A stretch of DNA of 64,000 nucleotides. Source: Candidatus Levyibacteriota bacterium. GTDB lineage: Bacteria > Patescibacteriota > Microgenomatia > Levybacterales > UBA12049. The notes under the pieces are model-generated. The model had not been told where the DNA came from. It did not search any database and saw nothing but the letters and a program-made list of their open reading frames with translations. This document shows positions 49,746 to 59,717 of the stretch, piece by piece; position 1 is the stretch's first letter, and every line of letters begins with the position of its first letter. The stretch spans positions 35,934-99,933 of the forward strand of contig JAYRIM010000028.1 in assembly GCA_041906785.1 (NCBI GenBank), given 5' to 3'. Position numbers and translations under genes: made by a program.

Positions 49746-51418
49746 AAAAATACATATTTCTTTTTATCATTATTTTTCTTGCAGCTGTTCTTCGTTTATG
49801 GCATTTAGGTGAAGTCCCTCCTTCACCTAATTGGGATGAAGTGGCTCTAGGATATAATGCATATTCAATTCGTGAGACAGGAAAGGATGAATACGGTAAA
49901 CCGTTTCCTATCATATTACGATCATATGATGATTATAAACCTGCTCTTTATTCATATTTAGCTATTCCTTCAATAACCCTTTTCGGTTTAAGTGCTTTTG
50001 CTGTCCGTTTACCTTCTGCAATTTTTGGAGTTCTAACAGTTCTCATCACTTATGCACTTGTTATGGAGTTATTTCTAAGAAATACTGTAAAAAAAGAATT
50101 GACAGATGTATACCGTACGCATATTGCCTTATTTGCAGCATTATTATTAGCGATTTCTCCTTGGCATATTCAGTTTTCCCGTATAGCATTTGAATCAAAT
50201 ATAGGTTTAGCATTTAATGTTATTGGGATATATTTCTTTTTTCTAGGTTTACGCAAGCCTTATGCTCTTTCTTTTGCAACACTCTCCTGGGCTCTAGCTT
50301 TATACGTTTACCAAAGTGAAAAGGTATTTACCCCATTGATAGCATTTGTATTAATTTGTCTTTTTTGTAGAGAGCTTTTCAAATTACCGAAACGATTCCT
50401 TATAGTTGCCGCTTTATTAGGAGTGATCATTGCATTTCCAATGCTTTATGTTTCACTTACTGATAAGCAGGCACTTGCGAGAGCAAAAGGTGTCAGTGTT
50501 TTTTCCGATACAACTCATTTATTAGAGCAAAGTTCTCAACGTTTAGCTTTGAGTAAAGAGAAAAATGATTTTCTGGGAATCATATTTAATAACAGGAGAG
50601 TAGTTTTTGCAAAAACTGTTATGTCAAATTATCTTTCACACTATGATTTAAACTGGCTATTTATAACTGGTGATTTAGCAAGACATCATGCCCCTGATAT
50701 GGGACTGCTATACATTATGGAAATACCATTTTTCCTTCTGGGAATATACGTCTTAGCTTGGGAATCTTTCTCTAAAAAAATAAAATTGTTTCTTTTACTT
50801 TGGTTTTTAATTGCACCTATTCCTGCTTCGATTACAAGTGGAGTGCCACATGCTGTAAGAACACTAAATTTTCTTCCAACATTTCAAATAATAACCGCAT
50901 TAGGTATTATAGGATTTTTCTTTTATACCGGAAGATTACAAATGGGTATTAAAAAATATCTTCTTATGGTTGTCTTTCTACCAACTGTGTTTATATTATC
51001 AATTATTAATTTTTCCTATTATCTCAATCAATATTTTGTACAGCAAAATAAGATAGTTTCCCAAGACTGGCAGTTCGGTTATAAAGAAACAGTGGAAGAG
51101 GTTAAAAAAATCGAGAAGAATTATAAGAAAATTGTTGTTTCAAATGTACCTCATTTGGATCAGTCATATATGTTTTTCTTATTTTATTTACAATACCCAC
51201 CTATTAAATACCAGGAGGCGTCACAAAACAGTTCTGGTGGTTTTCGCGAAAATCATAGTTTCGATAAATATGAATTCAGACCGATTGATTGGAAAAATGA
51301 GAAGAGAGATGCTGAGACATTGTTCGTAGGATTACCGAGTGATTTTAGTACAAATGCAGAAGAGATAAAGACTGTTTATTTTTTAAATGGTAAGCCATCA
51401 ATTAAAATTGTTCGATAA
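49742..51418 (+). CDS. PMT_2/GT39-like GT-C glycosyltransferase (group A)
   Basis: 558 aa. Motif PPSPNWDEVALGYNAYSIRETGKDEYGKPFP. ATGA overlap with the previous gene. Confidence 0.7.
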   Translation: MKKYIFLFIIIFLAAVLRLWHLGEVPPSPNWDEVALGYNAYSIRETGKDEYGKPFPIILRSYDDYKPALYSYLAIPSITLFGLSAFAVRLPSAIFGVLTVLITYALVMELFLRNTVKKELTDVYRTHIALFAALLLAISPWHIQFSRIAFESNIGLAFNVIGIYFFFLGLRKPYALSFATLSWALALYVYQSEKVFTPLIAFVLICLFCRELFKLPKRFLIVAALLGVIIAFPMLYVSLTDKQALARAKGVSVFSDTTHLLEQSSQRLALSKEKNDFLGIIFNNRRVVFAKTVMSNYLSHYDLNWLFITGDLARHHAPDMGLLYIMEIPFFLLGIYVLAWESFSKKIKLFLLLWFLIAPIPASITSGVPHAVRTLNFLPTFQIITALGIIGFFFYTGRLQMGIKKYLLMVVFLPTVFILSIINFSYYLNQYFVQQNKIVSQDWQFGYKETVEEVKKIEKNYKKIVVSNVPHLDQSYMFFLFYLQYPPIKYQEASQNSSGGFRENHSFDKYEFRPIDWKNEKRDAETLFVGLPSDFSTNAEEIKTVYFLNGKPSIKIVR

Positions 51419-51421
51419 ACT

Positions 51422-52711
51422 ATGACAACACAAAAAGGAATTTTACATACTGTATCTAAAACATGGAATAACTTTGATAAGATACTACTGTTTATTCTTC
51501 TTATTCATATTTTCTTAAGAACGTATCAACTGGACATGAGAAATCCTTTTGGGTGGGATCAAGTAAATAACGCTTGGGCAGCAAAAGGAATTATTATCGA
51601 TAATAATTTACCTTTACTAGGCATGGTAGCGAAAAACAATAGCGGAATTTATATTGGGCCTCTTTATTATTACATGATCACTCCCTTTTATTTTTTAACG
51701 AATCTTGATCCTATAGCTTCTGGCTTTTTTGCGGTTTTTACAAGTATTATTTCTGCGCTGATCCTCTTTGGAGTAGCTAAAAAACTTTTTAATAAAAACG
51801 TTACATATATTATTTTAGGAATAAATGCAGTAAGTTTTTCTGGCATTGATTTTGATCGTGTGCAATGGCCAGTAGGATTAATCCCTGCTTGTTCAATGCT
51901 TATTTTTTATTTTCTTTATAAAGTCATTTCAGATAACCCTAAATATATTATTCCTTTAGCGATTCTCATAGGTTTTTCTATGCATTTGCATTTTACATCA
52001 GTGTTTTATCCAATAATTGTATTATTTACTCTTCCATTTTTTCCTAAGTCATTGAAAACCGTCTATTATTCTATCTATGGAATATTGATTTTTACTCTTT
52101 TTCTTTTACCAAACATTCTTTTTGAACTGCAACATAGAAATAGAGGGACTGGAAATATGTTTCAATATCTAAATACGTATTTCCATGGTGTTCACTTACG
52201 TAGGATTATGCAATTAACGAAAGATGCATTTATACAATTTGAAGCATTACTCTTCTTTCCATTCTTAAAGTTCCTTAAGTATATTATTCTTCCATTGTTT
52301 TCTTTCCTCTATATATTTAAAAAACCTCAAAGAGAGCGTTTTTATCTGGTTTATCTATTATGGCTTTGGTTTCTAGTTCCATGGATAGTTTTTTCGGTAT
52401 ATAGCGGTGAGATAAGTGATTACTATTTTTCAATAAATAGATACCTGGTTTATATTAGTGTAGGATATATTCTTTCTTTACTTCTGCACAGAAATATTTT
52501 TATCAAAAGTGCTGTTGCAATCTTGTTACTATTATTTATCTTTGTAAATATAAAAAGATCTTTTGAAATAAACGTAGTGGGTCTACGTTATCATAAAAAA
52601 AGTGTTATCGATGCAATTGAACTAAAGAAGGTAATACCATTTAAGGAGGGAGATCCTCAGGCATATATTTATTATGTTCTTACTAGGAATAAAGAAAAAA
52701 CTGGAAAATAA
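51422..52711 (+). CDS. GT-C-like polytopic membrane protein, F-x-x-D-Q subgroup (group D)
   Basis: 429 aa. Motif LRTYQLDMRNPFGWDQVNNAWAAKGII....LPLLGMVAKNNSGIYIGPLYYY. Confidence 0.5.
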   Translation: MTTQKGILHTVSKTWNNFDKILLFILLIHIFLRTYQLDMRNPFGWDQVNNAWAAKGIIIDNNLPLLGMVAKNNSGIYIGPLYYYMITPFYFLTNLDPIASGFFAVFTSIISALILFGVAKKLFNKNVTYIILGINAVSFSGIDFDRVQWPVGLIPACSMLIFYFLYKVISDNPKYIIPLAILIGFSMHLHFTSVFYPIIVLFTLPFFPKSLKTVYYSIYGILIFTLFLLPNILFELQHRNRGTGNMFQYLNTYFHGVHLRRIMQLTKDAFIQFEALLFFPFLKFLKYIILPLFSFLYIFKKPQRERFYLVYLLWLWFLVPWIVFSVYSGEISDYYFSINRYLVYISVGYILSLLLHRNIFIKSAVAILLLLFIFVNIKRSFEINVVGLRYHKKSVIDAIELKKVIPFKEGDPQAYIYYVLTRNKEKTGK

Positions 52712-54329
52712 CACTATTATTTTGCTGTTTATTATTTTACTAGCAGTAATCCTACGGTTATACGCGATAGATAGCGTTCCACCTAACGCATCTCTCGATG
52801 AAGCTTCTATAGGTTATAACGCATATTCAATTTTAAAAACTGGAAAAGATGAATATGGAAATTATATTCCTTTTCTTTTAAGAGCGTATGATGATTGGCG
52901 TCCTGGATTATATGTATATCTAGTAATTCCATTTATTTTTATCTTTGATTTATCTGTAACTGCGGTAAGATTTCCTTCCGTGCTCCTTTCGATTTCTTCC
53001 TTAGTATTAACATATTATTTAGTAAAGGAATTATTTCATAGAAAAACAGTTGCTCTTTTAGCAATATTTTTTCTGGCAATATCTCCGTGGAATATTTATA
53101 TTTCGCGTTTAGGTCATGAGGTTAACTTAGGATATTTCTTCACCGTTTTAGGAATGTTTTCGTTCGTGAAAGCGCTTAAGACTCAAAGACCATTGTTTTT
53201 TTTCTGCATATTTACAATCTCATTCGCTCTTTCTATGGGTAGTTATCAAAGCGAAAAAATTATTGCACCTGTTTTGGGAATATCCCTATTACTTATTTTT
53301 TTCAAAGAAATTTGGTTAAAGAAAAGAGAGTTTTTGATAGCTTGTATAGTTGGTTTGATTTTTTTTATTCCGACATTACAATCGTCCTTTTCTCCAAATG
53401 CATTGATACGTTTTAATGCTACAAACGCTTTTAATGAAAACGATCCGAGATACTATGAGCGCGCAAAATTGTTACTTGAAGCTAAGAAAAAAAATAATTT
53501 TCTCGCTCATGTCTATTATAATAGGCGTCTAACTCCGATTATTATAGCGAGTTCAAATTATTTTTCTCATTTTAATCCTATCTGGCTCACAACGAATGGT
53601 GGGGAAGAAAGGCACAAAGTTCCCAATTTAGGATTACTTTATTCCTGGGAATGTATTCTTTTTCTTTTAGGGATATTTTTTCTTTGGAAAAGCGCTTTCT
53701 CAAAAAAAACAAAATTACTTTTACTTATGTGGTTATTAACAGCACCCTTACCAGCAGCAATTACTACTGACGCTCCTCATGCGATGAGAATATACACATC
53801 CTTACCTGTCTGGCAAATATATGCAGCATTTGGGTTATTTTCACTTATTCGTTTCATACAATCCCGGAAAGTTTCCATTATACCCTTTACGATAGCTTTT
53901 ACTTTTATTATTATTGCGAGTATTCTAAAACTAAGTCTTGAATATTTTTATGTATTTCCGAGAGAACAATCAGACTCATTCCAATATCCCTTAAAACAAG
54001 CAATACTATTCTCTCAACAAAACGAGGAAAAATATTCAAAGATTATATTTTCTAACGAAAATGACTTAATGCAATCATACATGCACTTCTTATTTCATAC
54101 GAAATACGATCCTGCAGCATATCTTTCTGCTGGTGGAACTAAGTCCGGTGGGTTTGCAGAATCACATGCCATTAAAAAATATTTTTTCCAATCACTGAGA
54201 TATATATCGTTAAAGCAATCTGGAAGTATATTGGTCATAGCTAATAAAAATGAAGATATAGATGGAAATAAAATAAAAAGTTTTTATAATAAGAAAGGAG
54301 AAAAAAGAATTACTGCATGGGAGTTATAA
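52674..54329 (+). CDS. PMT_2/GT39-like GT-C glycosyltransferase (group A)
   Basis: 551 aa. Motif PPNASLDEASIGYNAYSILKTGKDEYGNYIP. It overlaps the upstream gene by 38 bp. Confidence 0.65.
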   Translation: MFLLGIKKKLENNTIILLFIILLAVILRLYAIDSVPPNASLDEASIGYNAYSILKTGKDEYGNYIPFLLRAYDDWRPGLYVYLVIPFIFIFDLSVTAVRFPSVLLSISSLVLTYYLVKELFHRKTVALLAIFFLAISPWNIYISRLGHEVNLGYFFTVLGMFSFVKALKTQRPLFFFCIFTISFALSMGSYQSEKIIAPVLGISLLLIFFKEIWLKKREFLIACIVGLIFFIPTLQSSFSPNALIRFNATNAFNENDPRYYERAKLLLEAKKKNNFLAHVYYNRRLTPIIIASSNYFSHFNPIWLTTNGGEERHKVPNLGLLYSWECILFLLGIFFLWKSAFSKKTKLLLLMWLLTAPLPAAITTDAPHAMRIYTSLPVWQIYAAFGLFSLIRFIQSRKVSIIPFTIAFTFIIIASILKLSLEYFYVFPREQSDSFQYPLKQAILFSQQNEEKYSKIIFSNENDLMQSYMHFLFHTKYDPAAYLSAGGTKSGGFAESHAIKKYFFQSLRYISLKQSGSILVIANKNEDIDGNKIKSFYNKKGEKRITAWEL

Positions 54330-55831
54330 ATAAAACTATTATTTTCTTATTAGCTTTTTCTATAATCTACTTTACGATTTTCCCACGTACAGCAGAAGTA
54401 TTTAGTAAAAATTATCTTTTCGGATTTGATCAAGGAAGAGATTATCTGTCTGTAAAACAAATTGTAGTAGATAGAAAACCTACACTTATTGGTGCAGAGT
54501 TAGGGGCTGGTTCAGCAGGACTTAAAGGAATATTTCATGGACCAGGGTACTATTATTTTCTTTCAATTCCTTTTTTTTTAATGCATGGAGATCCCTATGG
54601 TGGGCAATTATTAATGTTTTCTTTCGGCCTTGCAACTATTATTTTTAGTATATTTTTTTCTAAAAATTTTTTTAATTCCTGGAATATTGCATTATTAACT
54701 GGGTTATTTATAGCGATGTGTCCTATACTCGTTCCCCAAGCACGATTTATTTGGAATTCCCATCCGTCGTCTCTTTTCGTTCTCTTAGTGTTTTTCTTTT
54801 ATTCACAATATTTACATACTAATAAAACACGAGATCTTTTTCTGTCAGGTTTTTTTTCGGGTTTTATTTATAATTTCCAGACAGGTATCGCAATACCTCT
54901 TTGTGTTACAGTTTTTCTGTTTACAATTATTACATCGAATTTTAAAGACTTCAAAAAATATTTTATACTTTTATCTAGTTATGTGTTAGCTTTCCTACCT
55001 CTTATCTTATTTGAGATACGTCATGGTTTTCAGGCAATAAAGGGTTATATAGAGTATTTACATTCTCCTTCAGCAGGTACAGGAAGTTCTTATTATTTTT
55101 GGAACAATCTTAAAGATCACTTCGGGTCATTCAATTATAATTTTTTTCAAACATTTCCAGAGATACATTTTCTACCATCCACTATTTTGTTTTTGCTTTT
55201 TATTCTAGGTATATTTTTTGTGTTAAAAAAGGAAAAGAAAACGGCAAAAAAACATTTTATTTACTTTCTTTTGTTTCTTCCATTTGTAACTTTTTTCATT
55301 TTTTCATTTCTTCGAAATGCTGTTTATCAATACTACTTAACACATCTAAATATTGCATATATTATTTTAGTAAGTTACATTGGTTATTATGCTTTTAAAT
55401 ATAGCAATAAGTTTATACAATGTATTTTTTTATCATTTGTTGTTGTGTTAATAGTTATAAATATACCTCGCGTTTATGCAAATTTTATGTATGACTATCA
55501 GGATTATGGAGGCGATGCTAAAATAAAAGGAAGAATAGATGCTGTGGATTATCTTTATAAACAAGCAAAATATAAACCTTTTAACGTCTTGATTTTTGCT
55601 CCTCCCATTTATACATATGCCTTTGATTACGTTTTTTGGTGGCATGGAAACGAAAAATATGGATTTATGCCAGTAAATAAAAAAGAAGGGACAGTGTATT
55701 TATTAATAGAGAAAGATCCAGGAAAACCATGGAGTTATGAAGGTTGGTTAGAAACAGTAATAAAGGTTGGAAAAGTTGAATATACGAAAAAATTACCTAG
55801 CGGGTTTATTATCCAAAAAAGAAAAATATGA
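54317..55831 (+). CDS. GT-C-like polytopic membrane protein, F-x-x-D-Q subgroup (group D)
   Basis: 504 aa. Motif SKNYLFGFDQGRDYLSVKQIV...PTLIGAELGAGSAGLKGIFHGPGYYY. Confidence 0.5.
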   Translation: MGVINKTIIFLLAFSIIYFTIFPRTAEVFSKNYLFGFDQGRDYLSVKQIVVDRKPTLIGAELGAGSAGLKGIFHGPGYYYFLSIPFFLMHGDPYGGQLLMFSFGLATIIFSIFFSKNFFNSWNIALLTGLFIAMCPILVPQARFIWNSHPSSLFVLLVFFFYSQYLHTNKTRDLFLSGFFSGFIYNFQTGIAIPLCVTVFLFTIITSNFKDFKKYFILLSSYVLAFLPLILFEIRHGFQAIKGYIEYLHSPSAGTGSSYYFWNNLKDHFGSFNYNFFQTFPEIHFLPSTILFLLFILGIFFVLKKEKKTAKKHFIYFLLFLPFVTFFIFSFLRNAVYQYYLTHLNIAYIILVSYIGYYAFKYSNKFIQCIFLSFVVVLIVINIPRVYANFMYDYQDYGGDAKIKGRIDAVDYLYKQAKYKPFNVLIFAPPIYTYAFDYVFWWHGNEKYGFMPVNKKEGTVYLLIEKDPGKPWSYEGWLETVIKVGKVEYTKKLPSGFIIQKRKI

Positions 55832-57468
55832 ATTTAAAAAAACATAGATATTTTCTATCGTTAATCGTTTTACTATGTTTACCTCTTATATTGTTTGCAC
55901 CATCAGGATTACCGGTAACCCATGATGGACAAGATCATGTAGCAAGAATTGCAAACTTTTATCAGAATTTAGAACAGGGAAATCTTATTCCACGCTGGGC
56001 ACCGAATCTTAACTGGGGATATGGGCATCCAATTCTAATGTTTCTTTACCCGCTCCCTTCATATATCGCTTCCGTTTTCAAATATATAGGTTTCTCTTTT
56101 GTGGACAGTACCAAATTAGTTTTTGCATCGGCATATCTCTTGAGCGGTATTACGATGTACCTGTGGATTAAAAAAACCTTTGATGAGCGGACGGGAATTC
56201 TTGCCTCCCTTCTCTATGTGTATGCGCCATACAGGTTTGTCGATATGTATGTACGTGGAGCAATAGGTGAACATGTTGCCTTTATTTTTCCTCCTCTTAT
56301 TTGTTATTTTTTGTTTCTTTTACATAAACGTTTCTCTTATAAATATATTGTCGGAATTGTCTTTTCAGTTGCTGGTTTGATTCTCGCGCATAATGCAATA
56401 AGTTTAATGATGTTGCCTTTAATTTGTTTATATATCATTTATCTAGTGTTACAAACTAAAAATAAAAAAACATTTGCAGTTAATTCTTTACTCTCTATCA
56501 TTTCCGGTTTTGGTCTATCAGCATTTTTCTGGATTCCCGCATTTTTCGAAGGCAAATATACACTTAGGGATATTGTTACGTCAGAAGACTATGCTACACG
56601 TTTCGTGTCGCTTGGCGATTTTTTCTATAAACCATGGAGTTTTGGTGGTACATATACATTAAGTAAAGAGGTGGGATTCATCCACTGGTTGCTTTTACTT
56701 TTCGCTATCCTAATCCTTTTTCGCATGAAACAGAAGAAAAAGAAACTTTTTTTAGCATATTGTATTGGAATATTTTTATTCACTCTTTTTCTTATGACAA
56801 ATTATTCAAAATTTATTTGGGATAGTATCTCAACATTGAGGAAATTTCAATTTCCCTGGCGTTTCTTAACTGTCATAGTTTCTATTTCTTCAGTTATAGG
56901 GTCCTTTACCTTTTCTGCAGTTGCTAAAAAACACCAAGAAAAAGTTTTTGCCCTCATTATAGTCTTACTGCTGGCAACAAGTATAAGATACATTGTGGTT
57001 GATGGATATTTGCATAAAGATGAATCATTTTATTCTGGTATCTATAAGAGTACTACAGATACTGGTGAAAGTTCTCCAATATGGTCTGTACGATTTATGG
57101 AGCGGGAGCCAAAAGCTCCTATAGAAATTTTATCTGGGAAAGCAAATATATCAATAGAAAAAAGGAATACAACAGTACATACCTATGTGATCAAAGCAGA
57201 TACCTCAACTAGGATTCGAGAGAATACGCTTTATTTTCCTGGCTGGATAGTTTTAGTAGATAAAAAACAGGTACCCATTCAATTTCAGGATCCTTCCTCA
57301 CGCGGTTTGATAACCTTTTGGCTTGAACCTGGAAAACATAGCATTGAAATGGTGTTTACCGATACGAAGCTTCGCTTTATAGCAATGTGTATCACATACG
57401 CAACAGTAACATTTCTATTGTTGTGGTTTATAATAATAAGAACATGTATATGGCAACGCTTTCGGTAG
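55828..57468 (+). CDS. GT-C-like membrane protein, PF10131 'PTPS-related' type (group B)
   Basis: 546 aa. Motif LPVTHDGQDHVARI...GNLIPRWAPNLNWGYGHPILMFLYPLPSY. C-terminus YFPGWIVLVDKKQVPIQFQD...PGKHSIEMVF. Confidence 0.6.
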   Translation: MNLKKHRYFLSLIVLLCLPLILFAPSGLPVTHDGQDHVARIANFYQNLEQGNLIPRWAPNLNWGYGHPILMFLYPLPSYIASVFKYIGFSFVDSTKLVFASAYLLSGITMYLWIKKTFDERTGILASLLYVYAPYRFVDMYVRGAIGEHVAFIFPPLICYFLFLLHKRFSYKYIVGIVFSVAGLILAHNAISLMMLPLICLYIIYLVLQTKNKKTFAVNSLLSIISGFGLSAFFWIPAFFEGKYTLRDIVTSEDYATRFVSLGDFFYKPWSFGGTYTLSKEVGFIHWLLLLFAILILFRMKQKKKKLFLAYCIGIFLFTLFLMTNYSKFIWDSISTLRKFQFPWRFLTVIVSISSVIGSFTFSAVAKKHQEKVFALIIVLLLATSIRYIVVDGYLHKDESFYSGIYKSTTDTGESSPIWSVRFMEREPKAPIEILSGKANISIEKRNTTVHTYVIKADTSTRIRENTLYFPGWIVLVDKKQVPIQFQDPSSRGLITFWLEPGKHSIEMVFTDTKLRFIAMCITYATVTFLLLWFIIIRTCIWQRFR

Positions 57469-58205
57469 TTCTCGCAACATTTAATGAAGAAAAGAATTTA
57501 GCAGAGTGTTTGGAGTCTGTAAGGGATATCGCAGATGAAATCGTAATAGTTGATGGGTCCTCAAATGACAACACAGTCGACATTGCCAAACAGTATAAAG
57601 CTAAGGTACTTGTCACTGATAACCCTGAAATTTTTCACATTAATAAACAAAAAGCCATAGATATGGCTACGAAAGACTGGATACTTCAACTAGATGCTGA
57701 CGAACGGGTTACGCCAGATCTTGCTGAAGAAATACATTCTCACATCTCAATTCTCAATTCTCAATTCAATGGCTTTTGGATTCCGAGAAAGAATTGGTTT
57801 CTTGGGCGTTATTTAATGAAAGGTGGACAATATCCGGATTATACGTTACGTTTATATAGAAAAAATAAGGGTAAATTACCCCAAAAAGATGTTCATGAAC
57901 AGGCCATAGTAGATGGAAAAGTAGGATATTTGGAGCATCCCCTTATTCATATTGCTGATCCGGAATTTAAAAGATATTTACTTCGATTTAACCGCTATAC
58001 AGGTATTCTTGCAACACATATAAAAAGTGAGAAAAAAAATATTTTAACTCCTTTTAAATATATATTTCTATTACCGATATGGTGGTTTATGCTAACTTAC
58101 GGTAGACATAAAGGGTTTATGGATGGATGGCAAGGTTTTGTATTTTCCTTCTTTTCAGCGGCTAGATTTCCTGTATCATATATAAAGTACTTAATAAGAA
58201 AATAG
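57444..58205 (+). CDS. GT2 (GT-A) glycosyltransferase (paralog of 29753 and 32276)
   Basis: Motifs LSVVLATFNEE ... IVVDGSSNDNT ... LQLDADE ... QYPDYTLRLYRKN. The start is at ATG 57444 or 57450. The tracked ORF begins earlier inside the upstream gene. Confidence 0.7.
   Translation: MYMATLSVVLATFNEEKNLAECLESVRDIADEIVIVDGSSNDNTVDIAKQYKAKVLVTDNPEIFHINKQKAIDMATKDWILQLDADERVTPDLAEEIHSHISILNSQFNGFWIPRKNWFLGRYLMKGGQYPDYTLRLYRKNKGKLPQKDVHEQAIVDGKVGYLEHPLIHIADPEFKRYLLRFNRYTGILATHIKSEKKNILTPFKYIFLLPIWWFMLTYGRHKGFMDGWQGFVFSFFSAARFPVSYIKYLIRK
57745..57765 (+). repeat. Perfect heptanucleotide tandem repeat (tctcaat)x3 plus a partial fourth unit, inside the GT2 coding sequence
   Basis: Read directly: tctcaat tctcaat tctcaat tcaat. 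It encodes ..SILNSQFNG... The unit length is not a multiple of three. Confidence 0.7.
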
Positions 58206-58206
58206 T

Positions 58207-59193
58207 ATGGCAAATATTTTAATTACCGGAGGAGCAGGGTATATAGGCAGTTTTATGGTAAAGCGTTTACTCGATGATGGTCATAGAGTCACCGTAATAG
58301 ATTCTCTAGAGCGCGGGCATAAAAATGCAATAGATAGCAGAGCAATTCTCAAGATTGGTAATATATTAGATAAAAAATTTTTAAATGAGGTATTTACTGA
58401 GCAGAGCTTTGATGCAATATTGCATTTTGCAGCCTTTATTTCTGTAAATGAATCTACACAACGGCCAGACGATTATTTTAGAAATAACACCTTTGGTAGT
58501 TTTTGTCTTTTTGAACAAATGCGTATACACAATGTTAAACGAATTATTTTTTCCTCAACTGCTACTGTATATGGTATACCTAGAAAAATTCCGATTTCTG
58601 AAGATCACCCAAAAAACCCGGAAAATCCATATGGCGAAAGTAAATTATTAGTTGAACAAGGTTTAGAGTGGTATCATAAAATGTTCGGAATTAGTTTTGC
58701 AGTTTTACGTTATTTTAATGCTGCTGGTGCTGCTCTAGATGGAAGTATGGGAGAAGAGCATTTACAAGAAACCCATTTAATACCGAATGCTATTCAAGCT
58801 GCTATAAAAAAGAAAGAATTTGTTCTCTATGGTACTGATTACAATACTATTGATGGAACAGCTGTCAGAGATTATATTCATGTACTAGATTTAGTTGAAG
58901 CACATATACTTGCCTTAGGAAAGTTGCAAAAAGAAGAAGGATCATTTATCTACAATGTAGGCACTGGAAATGGTTTTACTAATAAGGAAGTTATAGAAAT
59001 GGTAAAGAAAGTTTCAAAAGTTGATTTTCCGGTTAGGCTTGAAAAAAGACGTGAAGGTGATTCAGAAGCTACCGTAGCAGATTCAACAAAAATTAAAAAT
59101 GAACTGGGATTTAAGCCAAGCTATTCTGATCTCGACACTATTATTACCTCTGCATGGAAATGGCATACAAACAAGTTAAAAGTTAAAAGTTAA
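58207..59193 (+). CDS. galE: UDP-glucose 4-epimerase (NAD-dependent SDR epimerase)
   Basis: 328 aa. N-terminal Rossmann ILITGGAGYIGS and catalytic YGESK (YxxxK). The length and overall conservation are typical of GalE. Confidence 0.8.
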   Translation: MANILITGGAGYIGSFMVKRLLDDGHRVTVIDSLERGHKNAIDSRAILKIGNILDKKFLNEVFTEQSFDAILHFAAFISVNESTQRPDDYFRNNTFGSFCLFEQMRIHNVKRIIFSSTATVYGIPRKIPISEDHPKNPENPYGESKLLVEQGLEWYHKMFGISFAVLRYFNAAGAALDGSMGEEHLQETHLIPNAIQAAIKKKEFVLYGTDYNTIDGTAVRDYIHVLDLVEAHILALGKLQKEEGSFIYNVGTGNGFTNKEVIEMVKKVSKVDFPVRLEKRREGDSEATVADSTKIKNELGFKPSYSDLDTIITSAWKWHTNKLKVKS

Positions 59194-59195
59194 AA

Positions 59196-59717
59196 ATGAA
59201 AAGTTATTTTCTTCTCATTTATTTATTTATATTACTTTCTTTTCCACCCCGAATATTTGCAGAATCAACATATGTTCTTCCTTATCCCTCAGCTATGCCG
59301 GGAAGCTTTTGGTATAAATTAAATTATCTTCATGAGTTTTTTGATCGGTTTTGGTATTTTGGTAATTTTTCGCAATTTACATATAGTCTTAAACAGGCAG
59401 ATAAATATTTAGTTGAATCAAAAACATTATTTGAGTATGGACAATATCTTCTCGCATACAGGGCATTAGAAGCATCAAATAAATATTTTAAAGAAGCTCC
59501 ATTTTTTTTATTACGTGCTGAGAAAGAGAATAAAGATATTTCTGAGAAATTCTCATTACTTAAAAATGCCGCTGAAAAACATGCAGAAGTTCTGGGGGAA
59601 ATAAAAGAAGATGTTCCCGCAAACTTTTTATGGAAACCAGAAAAAGAGGAACAGACTTATTTAAGGATACATGAGCTTATTGATAATTCTATCAATGTAC
59701 GTCTGAATTGTTTATGA
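59196..59717 (+). CDS. Secreted hypothetical protein (173 aa) with signal peptide
   Basis: Signal peptide MKSYFLLIYLFILLSFPPRIFA-EST. Largely alpha-helical, Lys/Glu-rich. No family assigned. Confidence 0.5.
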   Translation: MKSYFLLIYLFILLSFPPRIFAESTYVLPYPSAMPGSFWYKLNYLHEFFDRFWYFGNFSQFTYSLKQADKYLVESKTLFEYGQYLLAYRALEASNKYFKEAPFFLLRAEKENKDISEKFSLLKNAAEKHAEVLGEIKEDVPANFLWKPEKEEQTYLRIHELIDNSINVRLNCL

